DNA of 64,000 nucleotides from Thermoplasmata archaeon (GTDB taxonomy: Archaea; Thermoplasmatota; Thermoplasmata; Lutacidiplasmatales; UBA184): NCBI GenBank assembly GCA_027306505.1, contig DAHUZP010000001.1, positions 120,932-184,931 of the forward strand, given 5' to 3'. How positions within the stretch are numbered: the stretch's first letter is position 1; every line of letters begins with the position of its first letter. A program made the position numbers and the translations under genes. Shown one piece after another: positions 30,300-39,824 of the stretch. The notes under the pieces were generated by a model. The model had not been told where the DNA came from, did no database searches, and saw nothing but the letters and a program-made list of their open reading frames with translations.

Positions 30300-30965
30300 T
30301 CAATCGAAGATCTGGAGCCCCTCTTGGAGGTGGACCAGTTCCACGGGCGTCGTAGGGTCACCGACGAGGACGCCCCGGGAGTTCGCGACCAGGCAGGCCC
30401 CGACGAGCGGGATGCCGAAGTTGGCGGTCGAGCGGTGCACCTTGACGCCCAGCACCTCTTCGATCGTCTCGACCTCCTTAGGGGTGGCCCGAGGATGCAC
30501 GACGACCCCGCGGTTCGTCGCGACCGCGGCCATGCCCACGGTGCCAAGCCCGGCGACGGTCCCAGGCACCACCGGCACGCCGAGCCCCTCGGAGAGCTGG
30601 TGGCGCTGCTCGGAACTGAACTCCGGATGGCAGAGCGCGCCGCGGTTGTTCGCGAGGACGATGTTCCCGAGAGCGTTGAGCCGGCTGCGCACGACCGTGA
30701 CGCGTAGCTGCTCCTTCAGGTGCTCCATGTCCTGGGGGGGAAGCTCCTCGGAGAGCACCACCCCGTGGTCGTTGAGCGCGAGGAAGGAGCCGACGAGCTC
30801 GCTGTCCCCCACGCGCAGGCGGATGGACCTCACGCCGAGCGTGTGCTCGCTCGCGCGGACGAGGTCACCTGGGCAGGTCGTGGGCACCAGGGCCAGCTGT
30901 TCGCCGGCACGCAGGTACACCCCGAGGTAGGGGCTGCCGGAGAAGGTGGACTTACCGACGGGCAA
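30300..30965 (-). CDS. eif6: Translation initiation factor 6 (aIF6)
   Basis: A five-fold pseudo-repeat carries the motif GNIVLANNRGALCHP, the protein is 221 aa, and the gene lies next to rpl31e as in most archaea. Confidence 0.85.
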   Translation of the reverse strand: MPVGKSTFSGSPYLGVYLRAGEQLALVPTTCPGDLVRASEHTLGVRSIRLRVGDSELVGSFLALNDHGVVLSEELPPQDMEHLKEQLRVTVVRSRLNALGNIVLANNRGALCHPEFSSEQRHQLSEGLGVPVVPGTVAGLGTVGMAAVATNRGVVVHPRATPKEVETIEEVLGVKVHRSTANFGIPLVGACLVANSRGVLVGDPTTPVELVHLQEGLQIFD

Positions 30966-30994
30966 ACCCGGCCCAGCCCCCGGGGAATCCCCCT

Positions 30995-31291
30995 CTAAGC
31001 CCCTTCTTCGACGAGGTCCACTTCGACGAGTCCATCCTCGAACCGTATGGCCTTCACGCGGACCTTGGAAGGTACGTGGGTGATGGACCGCTCCCAGAGG
31101 AACTCGTTGAGCCTCGGGTCGATCCAGATGTCCTTCATCTCGCCCTTCATGTGCTGCACCATGAAGCGCTTGATCGTCAGGATGGAGTGGCTCGCGCGCT
31201 CTCGGAGGGGAGGCGCGTGCTGGCTCGCGCGGAGCGGAACGATGAACTCCCGCTCGAGCTCCTCGACCCGTGTCTTCTCTTCCTTCGCCAT
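30995..31291 (-). CDS. rpl31e: 50S ribosomal protein L31e
   Basis: It is 98 aa with an L31e-like sequence (ILTIKRFMVQHMK...). Confidence 0.85.
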   Translation of the reverse strand: MAKEEKTRVEELEREFIVPLRASQHAPPLRERASHSILTIKRFMVQHMKGEMKDIWIDPRLNEFLWERSITHVPSKVRVKAIRFEDGLVEVDLVEEGA

Positions 31292-31318
31292 GTTGCTACC
31301 TAGAACTCAGGCCCGTCC

Positions 31319-31477
31319 TCAGAGCTGAAGGTGCCCGCGGCGCCAGGAGCGGCGCTTGGGGTGCTTCGTGAAACGTCGCGAGGTCCGCTGCATGACCCAG
31401 GCCGGCACGCGACGGTTCGACTTCACCGCGCGCAGGAGCCGGAGCTTCCGGGCAAAGGGTTTGTGACGGCTTGCCAT
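31319..31477 (-). CDS. rpl39e: 50S ribosomal protein L39e
   Basis: Hand translation of the minus strand gives [52 protein letters not shown] (52 aa). This ORF is not in the supplied track. Confidence 0.8.
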   Translation of the reverse strand: MASRHKPFARKLRLLRAVKSNRRVPAWVMQRTSRRFTKHPKRRSWRRGHLQL

Positions 31478-31524
31478 GGTCCTTACCGCTGCCCTCCGTC
31501 CACGTCCGGGTATATCTCGTTAGC

Positions 31525-31884
31525 TCACCGTCGGGTGATCTTGATCTCGCGCTTGTCCGGCGTCAACCGCTCCAAGATCTGCCTGAGGGTCTCGTCGTCG
31601 ATCTGACGGCGGAGCCGACCGGAGGCCGCGAGCTGGATGACCTGCTGCTCCACCGCCTGGGCCACGTCGGGCTTCGCGAGACGGATCCTCCCGAGCCGCT
31701 CTCGGGCCTCCGGAGTGAGCAGACGACGAAGCACCTCGCGCTGCTCCGCAGAGCGCCGCTCCATCTCCGCCTGTTGCGCAGCGACGACGCTGGGGTCCAT
31801 CTGGGAAGCTCCGAGCTGGGACTGGAGCGCGGTCATCCGGCGACGACGGAGCTCATCGAGCTCGGCATCCTGTTCCGAGGGCAT
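31525..31884 (-). CDS. PDCD5/TFAR19-like dsDNA-binding protein conserved in the archaeal rpl39e-rps19e cluster
   Basis: It is 119 aa, helical and Arg/Glu-rich, in the conserved gene neighbourhood. Confidence 0.7.
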   Translation of the reverse strand: MPSEQDAELDELRRRRMTALQSQLGASQMDPSVVAAQQAEMERRSAEQREVLRRLLTPEARERLGRIRLAKPDVAQAVEQQVIQLAASGRLRRQIDDETLRQILERLTPDKREIKITRR

Positions 31885-31938
31885 GGCCTACGATCCTCCT
31901 GCTGGTCCGCGAACGGGGTCCCTGTGGGTGGGGAGCGC

Positions 31939-32394
31939 TCAGAGGTATTTCTTGAGCGACGGGTCCTTCTCTGCGAGCGTCTTGAAGGTCTCCGTAGCGA
32001 CCTTGCTGAGGAGCTTCTGGCCCTGGGGCGAGAGGGCACGGCCCCGCAGGCGCACCTGCTGGACCAGTCCCGCCTTCTCGAGCTGCTGGAGGATCTCGCG
32101 AGACACCGAGCGGCTTCCCTTCCGGGCATGGTAAGGGGCGCTGCCCCTGTCACGTCGGCCGCCGAACTCGGCGGAGAGGTTGCTAACGCCGCAGGGACCG
32201 CGGGTGTGGAGCTTTCGGAGCACGGCCGCGCTTCGGAGGTACCACCAGTCCGCCTGGACCGGGGCTTTCTCGGTGTGGACGCCGGTGCGTGCGAAAGCGG
32301 CCCAGGCCGGGGGCTTGATGGACGCGTGGTTGCGAAGCTCGGCCGCGAGGCGGGGCAGCAGGTAGCTGGGAGGCACTTCCTTCGGGTGGGTCAT
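31939..32394 (-). CDS. rps19e: 30S ribosomal protein S19e
   Basis: It reads IKPPAWAAFARTGVHTEKAPVQADWWYLRSAAVLRKL. The start is placed at the internal ATG (MTHPKE). Confidence 0.85.
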   Translation of the reverse strand: MTHPKEVPPSYLLPRLAAELRNHASIKPPAWAAFARTGVHTEKAPVQADWWYLRSAAVLRKLHTRGPCGVSNLSAEFGGRRDRGSAPYHARKGSRSVSREILQQLEKAGLVQQVRLRGRALSPQGQKLLSKVATETFKTLAEKDPSLKKYL

Positions 32395-32437
32395 GGGGTC
32401 GCTCTGAACGGGGAGGCGATTCAACGAGGTCGGCTAT

Positions 32438-32719
32438 TTAAGTTCGGCCTGGGCCTTCGCGGTCCCCGTCGTCCCCCGCGCTGGAGGGGGTAGGGGGCTC
32501 CTGGACGGGCCGCAGCGCGGGGTCCGTGCCCTTGGGCGAAAGCGCGCTGACGGAGGGAGGGGCTGCGGCCTTGGGAGGCCGCTTGGGAAGCCCCGCGAAC
32601 CCGCTCGAGGGGGCCCTCGAGACGCGCCGGGCGTAGCGGAAGAGCAGGAAGACCAACGCCAGCAGGGCCGCGACGATATCGAGGCCCAGGAACAAGGCGA
32701 GGATGAGCGAGGCATCCAT
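32438..32719 (-). CDS. Possible small single-pass membrane protein with a Pro-rich tail
   Basis: An N-terminal hydrophobic helix ILALFLGLDIVAALLALVFLLF is present. There is no homology evidence, so the call is weak. Confidence 0.25.
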   Translation of the reverse strand: MDASLILALFLGLDIVAALLALVFLLFRYARRVSRAPSSGFAGLPKRPPKAAAPPSVSALSPKGTDPALRPVQEPPTPSSAGDDGDREGPGRT

Positions 32720-32779
32720 GGTCCGTCCTGCACCTCTCCGTCTTCAGGGCTCGCTCGGGCCCCGGGAGAAGGCGCGCAT

Positions 32780-33748
32780 CTATCGGGAGAGCTTCGAGAG
32801 CATCCGGCCGGCACGGAAGAGGTGGTGCAGGGCGTAGCGCCGCTTGAACACCGTCTCGTCCCGGTCGACCTCGAGGGAGATGAGCGTGAGGTCGTCCATC
32901 TTGAGGACCCCGCCTCCCTGGAGGGGGACCAGCATCTCGAAGAGACCGTCCGCGACCTCGCTGAAGCGCTCGCGGTCGAGGAGCACCCCGGGCCACTGGA
33001 TCAAGAACTTCGCAAGCGCGTCTGTCGCTCCCCACAGGTGCGTCCCGGTCTCGAGCCTCCCCTCCTGCAGGAGCGGGGTGGGGGTGGAGCCCTCCTGGGT
33101 GCTGACCAGAGGAGGGGTGGTGTCGAAGTCCGACGCCTTCTCTACGGGCCAGGAGAGGAGCTTCGCCTTCGAGTCCCCGGAGTTCCGCAACAGGCAGGAG
33201 TCGCCCACCGTGATCGCGCGCCAGGTACCCTCGATGGGGTTCGCCTCGATGCCGAGGAACGTCGCCCAGGCGCCCTGGTCCCTCTTGCGGACCGCGCGCG
33301 CGTTCGCGAGGTCGAGCAGCGGTTCGGTCTCCTTCCTCCACAGCTGGGAGAGCTCGGGGAGAGCGGCGAGGAAGCTGTCGGCGGAATCGGCGGGGAGCGA
33401 GCCCGCGACGAAGGCGTCCGTCAGGATCTGGGCCCACATGCCGGACCACGAGGACTCGGTCGCCCCGTCCGAGATCGCGACGCGGATGATCTCCTCCTTG
33501 CGGCGGAACGTCCCCGCTTCGAGCACCCGATGCTCGTCCGCCGAGGCGACCCGGACGTACTTGTCGAGCGGCGAGTGCGCGACCCGGTCGTCACACTCGG
33601 CGAGAGGCCCCTTCGAGATGACCATGCTCTCGAAGAAGGTGAAGAGAGGGGCGGATTTGCTCGGCATGCCGCAGATTTCCTCTGGGGAACGGGACCTCTG
33701 TAGCACCCGGTGGACCGAGCGCTGTTGGTCCACGGAGGACGATGCCAC
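32780..33748 (-). CDS. PP2C-family (PPM) Ser/Thr phosphatase-like protein
   Basis: PPM motifs are present: VAISDGATES (DG), ITVGDSCLL (GDS) and KMDDLTLISLEV (the DD metal-binding motif near the C-terminus). The motif after the first DG is degenerate. Confidence 0.6.
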   Translation of the reverse strand: MASSSVDQQRSVHRVLQRSRSPEEICGMPSKSAPLFTFFESMVISKGPLAECDDRVAHSPLDKYVRVASADEHRVLEAGTFRRKEEIIRVAISDGATESSWSGMWAQILTDAFVAGSLPADSADSFLAALPELSQLWRKETEPLLDLANARAVRKRDQGAWATFLGIEANPIEGTWRAITVGDSCLLRNSGDSKAKLLSWPVEKASDFDTTPPLVSTQEGSTPTPLLQEGRLETGTHLWGATDALAKFLIQWPGVLLDRERFSEVADGLFEMLVPLQGGGVLKMDDLTLISLEVDRDETVFKRRYALHHLFRAGRMLSKLSR

Positions 33749-33880
33749 CTACAAGAAGCCGTAGGTAGGCGCGAATCCTCCCGCGACCGGTTCCCCTCAA
33801 GGAGCGCCCCTCCGGTCGGCCTACGCGCCCTAGCGGGTGCCCCACTGTCCCATGCCGTTCCCATTCGGCCGAGGGCACCA

Positions 33881-33886
33881 TTTATA
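33881..33886 (+). promoter_or_regulatory. TATA-box-like element (TTTATA) about 34 nt upstream of the vWA gene start
   Basis: It is the only AT hexamer in the 170-nt divergent spacer between the PP2C and vWA genes. Confidence 0.3.
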
Positions 33887-33919
33887 GGGGGAAGATGTTC
33901 GGAAGCTCGAGGGATACCC

Positions 33920-34774
33920 TTGGTCGAACCCTACACCGAAGAAGTCAGCGTCACCCACAACCAGCCTGGTTGCATCATCTTCCTGATTGATCAGAGCGGT
34001 TCGATGAAGGCGGAGATCCGGGGCATGCCCGGGGTCCGCAAGTGCGACTTCCTCGCTGACCAGATCAACGGCATCCTCGACGACCTGCTCCTGCGCTGCA
34101 CGAAGAACAACAAGGTGGTCCCCTACTTCCACAGCCAGATCATCTCCTACGGGTTCCAGGGCGACCTCGTCGCCCCGATCGTGGGCAGCCAGCAGGACCC
34201 GCTCATCCTTCCGCTCGACCGGATGGCGGAGTGGACCGACCAGAACAACGGCTGGGCGGACGGGCGCCTCCAGGTGATCCGACCGGTCGCCGAGGGCCGT
34301 ACCCCCATGACCCAGGCCTTCGCCCTCCTCGAGGAGCCGGTGAAGGAGTGGGTGGCGACCAACCCCAACAGCTACCCGCCGATCATCCTCAACATCACGG
34401 ACGGCATCCCCGAACCCCGTACCCAGGAGAACTGGCAGGCGCTCGTGGACATCTGCACGCGCCTCAAGCGGGTGACCAACGCGAACGGCTCGATGGTCCT
34501 CATCTTCAGCCTGCACATCGGGGACTCCGACACCTTCCCTCCGGCGATCTTCTGCAACGAGCAGGAGGCGCCCCAGACCCCGGAGGCCCAGTTGCTCTTC
34601 CGCTGCGCGAGCCACCTGCCGCCATCGATGGCGGCCGAGGCCCAGCGCGTGGGGCTCCCGGTCTCCCCGGGCCTCCCTAAGTGCTACGGGTACAACATCG
34701 GTGGCAAGGAGCTCATCAAGATCCTCCAGGTCGGGACGCGGACGGGGCCCATGGTGGCCCCCCCCGTCGCCTGA
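33920..34774 (+). CDS. von Willebrand factor A (vWA) domain protein with a MIDAS motif, TerY-like
   Basis: It reads IIFLIDQSGSM (DxSxS), with downstream Thr and Asp residues (ILNITDGIPE) and a Rossmann-like alternation. The start is placed at the in-frame TTG at 33920, because the supplied ORF overlaps the PP2C gene. Confidence 0.65.
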   Translation: MVEPYTEEVSVTHNQPGCIIFLIDQSGSMKAEIRGMPGVRKCDFLADQINGILDDLLLRCTKNNKVVPYFHSQIISYGFQGDLVAPIVGSQQDPLILPLDRMAEWTDQNNGWADGRLQVIRPVAEGRTPMTQAFALLEEPVKEWVATNPNSYPPIILNITDGIPEPRTQENWQALVDICTRLKRVTNANGSMVLIFSLHIGDSDTFPPAIFCNEQEAPQTPEAQLLFRCASHLPPSMAAEAQRVGLPVSPGLPKCYGYNIGGKELIKILQVGTRTGPMVAPPVA

Positions 34775-34913
34775 GGCGGGCCGAGACCCCTCTTCTCCAC
34801 CCCTCTCCCCTGCCCACCGCCCTTCGACCGTCCCTATCGAGGAGCGAAGGAGCTCCCGAGGCCGAGGGGCTCGCGCTATCCGTGGGCGAACAGGCCCGGC
34901 GCCCTGGGCGCGC

Positions 34914-37900
34914 CTAGGGTCGGTTGGGCAGGGGAGGGGAAGCTCCTTCGTCCGCCCCTGAGACGACCCTTGGGGGAACGGGAGCCCGCTCCTTGGGCGA
35001 TGAGGACCGGGCCAACCGGGGGGCGGAGAGCTTTTCGCCGAACTTCGCGCCGAGCGGCGTCAGGGAGATCCGCTCCCCTCCGCTCAGCCGGTCCCGGTCC
35101 CTCATGACCAGTCCCGCGTCGGTGAGAGAGGCGAGCACGATGTAGAGACGACCGTCGGGGATCCTCGTGTCGCGCTGAAGCTCCCCGGCGGGAAGAGGGC
35201 CCACCCCGAGCGCGCCTAGGACCAGGTGGTAGTCGGTAATCTCCTTCGACCCCAGCTTGCGGAGCAGCGCGGAGAAGACCTCGTCCCCCTCCGTAGCAGC
35301 TGGGACGGTGGGGGCGGCGGCCTCCGCCGCAGCGTCCATCGGTGACCAGGCACTGGTCGCCGACATGGGTGTCGCGGTGGCCCCCTCGGCAAAGGCCTCC
35401 GAAGCCTCGGGAGCGGCCTCGGGGGGCATCGGCGTGCTCGCGGGCAGCACCTGGGCCTCGGGGAACAGCGGGGATGGCGGCGGGGCGCCTACGAAGGCGG
35501 CCGACCCTGCAGGGTCCGGTCCCTCCATCGGAGGCCCTGGGACGACCTCCTGCCCTGGGAAGAGCTCCTCCGACGGCGCCTGCTGCCGTGCACGTCGAGA
35601 GCGCGCCGCGAAGAGGACGAGGGCCGCGACCACCAGCGCAACGAGGACGAGCAGGAGGGCCAGCCCGACGAAGAAGGGCAGGCCCAGCAGCGTCGAGCCG
35701 GGGGAAGGTGCCCCTCCGCTTCCGCCGCCCCCCCCACCACCACCGCCTGTCCCTCCGCCGGGGCCACCACCGACAAGGGCCGGAGCGACCACGATCGCCA
35801 GGGAACTCGTGCCGGCGGTCCGTCCGGCGGCATCGGTGAACCAGGCGCGGTAGGTGTAGGTCCCGGGGTGCAGGAAGGTCGGAGTGGTCCAGCGAAGGGC
35901 GGTCTGGGTGGTGTTGGTACCGTTCTCGGACCAGACCACGCCGTAGGGCGAGGTGCCTCCCCAGGCGGAGGCGTTGAGCACCACCGAAAGGCCGACACGG
36001 GACGAGGTCGTGTTCGCCGTGGCGAAGGCACGGAGCTGGACGATCCACGGGAACCCAACCACCCAAAGCTCGTGGTGGGCCGATACGTGCTCCCCCAGCG
36101 TGTCCGTCTCTTCGAGCGTGAAGGTGTAGTTCGCCTCTCCCGAGGGCGTGAAGGACAGCGAGGAGAGGGAGGGGTTCGTCGTGAGGTTCGTGCTCGAGTT
36201 GAGGAGCCAGAAGTAGCTCACCGGCCCGTATCCGCCCTTCACCGACGCGGAGATCGAGACCGGGACCGAGGGCAGGGTCCCGTTCGCCGAGAAGGTGAAG
36301 TCCGGGCTCAACGGGGCGACCACCTGCAGGGTCACCTGGGCGACCGCCGAGCTCCCCCGACTGTCGTTGGCCCAGGCCGTCGCGTTGTACCAGCCCGGTG
36401 AGGTGTACCTGTGGACGGGAGTGGTGCCCGCCCCCGCCTGCCCGTCGCCGAACCTCCAGGAGATCAGGACGGGGGCCGTGCCGCCGGTGGTGACGGAGGA
36501 GAACTGGAAGATGAGCAAATCGGTGCCCCGCGTGGGGCTCGCCGAGACCTTCAGGGTCGGGAGCGAGTTCACGACCAGCGAGACCGGCCCGGCGAAGGCC
36601 CGGGAGCCGAAGGTGTCGTTCAGCTGGAGCCGGATGGAGTAGGTCCCGGGGGCGGACGGACGGCAGGGCAGGCTGCTCTGGTTCGCGCTCGCGCAGCCGG
36701 GGGGGAGCCCCTGCCACCAGAAGGTGTAGATGCCCGAGCCCCCGGAGGCGTTCGCCTGCAAGAGCGTCGACGATCCCACGTCCACCGTGGAAGGGCTCGC
36801 TCCGAGCCCCGAGAGCACGGGGGGAAGCCCCACCAGCACGGTCTCGTTGACGAGGGCGGAGGCGCCGAGCGTGTCGTTCGCATAGAGGCGGACGATGTAG
36901 CTTCCGATGGTCGTGAAGGTGTGGGAGACGTTGCCTCCTGAGACGCTAGGACTGCCGTCCCCGAACCGCCAGGTCGAACTGACCGTGCCCGTCCCGGGGT
37001 GCGCGAAGCTCGAGAAGTACACCGTGAGCGGTGCCGGTCCGCCCAGCGGGTGGGCGGTGACGTTCGCGGTCGGCCAAGGGTCGACCAGGATGAAGAGGGT
37101 CGCGCTCGCCGTCACCGCCCCGTCGGTGACCGTGACGGTAGGCGTGTAGGAGCCGGCCGCGTTGGGAGCGCAGGTGAAGATGGGCGCTCCCGTGTTCGGG
37201 CACCCCGGGGGCAGACCCGACCAGGTGAACGAGGTGAAGATCCCCGAGCCGCCCGAAGCGACCGCGCTGAACGACGCAATCTGGCTCGCATCGATGATGA
37301 GCGGAGAGACGCTCGCCGTCACGGTGAGGGAGGCCGGGAGGCCGTAGCTCCACATGTCCCCCAGGGGCACCGTGTTCCAGCCCCCGAAGATGAGGACGTA
37401 GCCGTCCGCCTCATCATAGGCGACGTTCGGCCCGTCGCGAGGCGGTGGTGCGACCGAGCCGGTGACGTTGGTCCACGTTCCGGCCTTGTAGGCCCAGGTG
37501 TCGTTGCCCCACTGCGAGCATGCCGACCCCGTGACGAAGGCCAGGCATCCGCCGAAGAGGTAGACGAACCCGTCGCCGCGGTCGTACACCATGCCGGGGA
37601 AGGAGGCCGCGGGGGGGTCCCCCGAGGGCTGCGTGCGGTTGGTCCAGGTCCCCGCGTGGTAGGACCAGATGTTGTCCGAGAGCCAGCACTGGAGCGGGTT
37701 GCTCGTGGTCTGGACGCAACCGTCCACCATGAGCACGTAACCGTCGGAGGCATCGTAGGCCAGGCCCTCCTGGGACCTCGCGGGGGGGCTCGAGGGGGAG
37801 GAGGTCTGCGGCGTCCACTGCCCGCCGACGAACGACCAGGTGTCGCCCAGGTTCCCGTTGGAGTTGCCTCCGCCGAAGAGCAGGGCGTAGCCGTCGGAGG

Positions 37901-39716
37901 CGTCCCAGGCCATCTCCATACAGCAACGCGCGGAGGGAGAAACCGTCGGAGCGAGGGCGGTCCAGACGCCGGCCCGGTAGCTCCAGGTCGCGCCGAGGGG
38001 TCCGTTGGACTGCGTCCCTCCACCGAACATGACCACGTACCCATCGTAGAAGTCGTAGGTCATCGCGGCGCAGCACAGGCCGCCCGGCGGCGAGGAGGAG
38101 CTCACCAGGTGCCAGCTCAAGTTCTGGTAGGTCCAAGTGGCGGCGAGGTGGGTGTTCCCCGTCGTTCCGCCACCGTAGAGGAGCACGTAGCCGTCCGCAT
38201 AGTCGTAGGTGATCGCGGCGTTGACCTCCTCGGTGGGGGTCCAGGAGGTGGGCAGCAGTCGCTGGTACACCCCTGGCACCACCTGGGTGCCGAAGAACTG
38301 CCACGTGTCGCCGTACAGGGTCGAGCCGAGGGTGCCCCCGAAGAGGACCACCAGCCCGTCGGTCGGGTCGAAGGTCATCGCGGCCTGCGACCGGAGGAGG
38401 GGAGGGGTTCCCACGAAGGCGGTGATGTTGGTCCAGTACCCCCGCTTGAACGCCCACGTGTCCGAGAGCCCGGACGCGGTCGCGGGCTGGCCTCCGAAGA
38501 GCAGGACCTCACCCTCCACCGCGTCGTAGGTCATCGAGAGCCCTTGCCTGGGCGATGGGGCGTGGGGGGAGTGCCAGGTCAGATCGGTCCAGGTGTCGTT
38601 GCTGAAGGTCCACGTCTGGTTGTCCGAGATACAGGGGCCCTGGCGCGGGCCCATGCAACCTCCAAAGAGCAGGGCGTACCCGTCGGCCGAGTCGAAGGAC
38701 ATGTCGAGGCCCATGTGCGGCGGAGGGGAGACGCCGCCCCGAAGGCTTCCCGTGATGTTCGTCCAGACCCCGCCCTGGTACGTCCAGGTGTCGTTGTAGT
38801 AGCTGGTCGAGCCACCGCCGAAGAGCAGCACTTTCCCGATACCGGCATCGAAGGTCATCGCCGCATCGAAGCGAGGGCCCGGGTTGCTGGTGGGGCTGAG
38901 CTGGGTCCAGATCCCTCCGGCGTAGCGCCAGGTCTCGGAGCTGAAGGTGCCTGAGTTCGCGCCACCGAAGAGCAGAACGTACCCATCCGCCGCGTCGTAG
39001 GCCATCGAACTGCAGCAGAAGATTGGGGGATGGGTCCCCGTGACCTGGGTCCAGGTGTTCGAACGATAGTACCAGGTCTGCTGGACGAGGCCCGCGCCCG
39101 TGCTCCCGCCCCAGAGCAGCACGTAGCCGTCATGGTTGTCATAGACCATGTCGGCGCCTGAGGTCGCGGGGACCGCCCCCGAGGGCGAAGTGGACTGCCA
39201 GATCGGAGCGGTGCCCGAAGGCCGATAGTCGGCGAGCTCGGTCGACCGGGAGGAGCAGTGGAGGCTCCCCGTTCCCGACCCGCAGGTCCACGGCACCCCT
39301 CCCGCGGGCCCGCCACCGGATTCGAGCGAAGCCGTCGCCGAGCGCAGGGCCTGCTCCGGACCGAGAGGGGGGGGTCCGTTCTCGGGGGGCTCGGGAGCCG
39401 CCTGGGGTAACGACACCGATGGGGAGAGCTTCGGCCCAGAGGCCATGTGCGGGGCCCCTACGAGCAACAGGAGGCAGAGGACGCCCACGACGACCGCGAG
39501 AGCGGAGAGCGGGCTTGAACGGGGGCCATGAGGGAGCGGTTTCGGCGCGGCTCCACCTCCTTCCTGACTCCCCGTGCCCGGGGGGGACCGGCTGACCGCT
39601 CGAGGGCCGGACCACGGGCGGGGGGACTCACCCGCCTCACTTCGGAGGAGCGCTGCTCCGTTCTCGCGGGGCTTGTTCCTCAGGTAGTGACGCGTGGACG
39701 GACCGACGATCTCCAT
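34914..39716 (-). CDS. Giant type-I membrane protein: a signal anchor, about 14 Kelch-type beta-propeller blades, four PKD domains, one TM helix, a Pro/Ala-rich cytoplasmic linker and a C-terminal TrmB-like winged helix
   Basis: The blade motif DGYVLLFGG...W.Y/F...W is repeated. PKD motifs of the form WxFGDGxxxxGxxxxHxYxxxGxY are present. The TM helix is LLGLPFFVGLALLLVLVALVVAALVLF. The C-terminus reads ITDYHLVLGALGVGPLPAGELQRDTRIPDGRLYIVLASLTDAGLV. Confidence 0.7.
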   Translation of the reverse strand: MEIVGPSTRHYLRNKPRENGAALLRSEAGESPRPWSGPRAVSRSPPGTGSQEGGGAAPKPLPHGPRSSPLSALAVVVGVLCLLLLVGAPHMASGPKLSPSVSLPQAAPEPPENGPPPLGPEQALRSATASLESGGGPAGGVPWTCGSGTGSLHCSSRSTELADYRPSGTAPIWQSTSPSGAVPATSGADMVYDNHDGYVLLWGGSTGAGLVQQTWYYRSNTWTQVTGTHPPIFCCSSMAYDAADGYVLLFGGANSGTFSSETWRYAGGIWTQLSPTSNPGPRFDAAMTFDAGIGKVLLFGGGSTSYYNDTWTYQGGVWTNITGSLRGGVSPPPHMGLDMSFDSADGYALLFGGCMGPRQGPCISDNQTWTFSNDTWTDLTWHSPHAPSPRQGLSMTYDAVEGEVLLFGGQPATASGLSDTWAFKRGYWTNITAFVGTPPLLRSQAAMTFDPTDGLVVLFGGTLGSTLYGDTWQFFGTQVVPGVYQRLLPTSWTPTEEVNAAITYDYADGYVLLYGGGTTGNTHLAATWTYQNLSWHLVSSSSPPGGLCCAAMTYDFYDGYVVMFGGGTQSNGPLGATWSYRAGVWTALAPTVSPSARCCMEMAWDASDGYALLFGGGNSNGNLGDTWSFVGGQWTPQTSSPSSPPARSQEGLAYDASDGYVLMVDGCVQTTSNPLQCWLSDNIWSYHAGTWTNRTQPSGDPPAASFPGMVYDRGDGFVYLFGGCLAFVTGSACSQWGNDTWAYKAGTWTNVTGSVAPPPRDGPNVAYDEADGYVLIFGGWNTVPLGDMWSYGLPASLTVTASVSPLIIDASQIASFSAVASGGSGIFTSFTWSGLPPGCPNTGAPIFTCAPNAAGSYTPTVTVTDGAVTASATLFILVDPWPTANVTAHPLGGPAPLTVYFSSFAHPGTGTVSSTWRFGDGSPSVSGGNVSHTFTTIGSYIVRLYANDTLGASALVNETVLVGLPPVLSGLGASPSTVDVGSSTLLQANASGGSGIYTFWWQGLPPGCASANQSSLPCRPSAPGTYSIRLQLNDTFGSRAFAGPVSLVVNSLPTLKVSASPTRGTDLLIFQFSSVTTGGTAPVLISWRFGDGQAGAGTTPVHRYTSPGWYNATAWANDSRGSSAVAQVTLQVVAPLSPDFTFSANGTLPSVPVSISASVKGGYGPVSYFWLLNSSTNLTTNPSLSSLSFTPSGEANYTFTLEETDTLGEHVSAHHELWVVGFPWIVQLRAFATANTTSSRVGLSVVLNASAWGGTSPYGVVWSENGTNTTQTALRWTTPTFLHPGTYTYRAWFTDAAGRTAGTSSLAIVVAPALVGGGPGGGTGGGGGGGGGSGGAPSPGSTLLGLPFFVGLALLLVLVALVVAALVLFAARSRRARQQAPSEELFPGQEVVPGPPMEGPDPAGSAAFVGAPPPSPLFPEAQVLPASTPMPPEAAPEASEAFAEGATATPMSATSAWSPMDAAAEAAAPTVPAATEGDEVFSALLRKLGSKEITDYHLVLGALGVGPLPAGELQRDTRIPDGRLYIVLASLTDAGLVMRDRDRLSGGERISLTPLGAKFGEKLSAPRLARSSSPKERAPVPPRVVSGADEGASPPLPNRP

Positions 39717-39824
39717 GCCGCTGGTTCCCCTCGAGCGGCGGAACCTCGTGACAGGGGGATGAAAGGTCGTGCAAGGGGGACCACACCTCGATGCACCGAT
39801 TGCTAGGACGTGTCACCCACGTCG

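Noticed and set aside
32421-33449. 342-aa minus-strand ORF overlapping the PP2C-like gene in another frame
   Set aside because: It is Arg/Pro-rich with no motifs. The overlapping frame (32780-33748) carries PPM motifs.
36999-38954. 651-aa plus-strand ORF (and 34876-36717, 37414-38457 on the minus strand in other frames) inside the Kelch giant gene
   Set aside because: These are Arg/Gly-rich off-frame translations. The minus-strand frame with Kelch and PKD repeats is the real gene.
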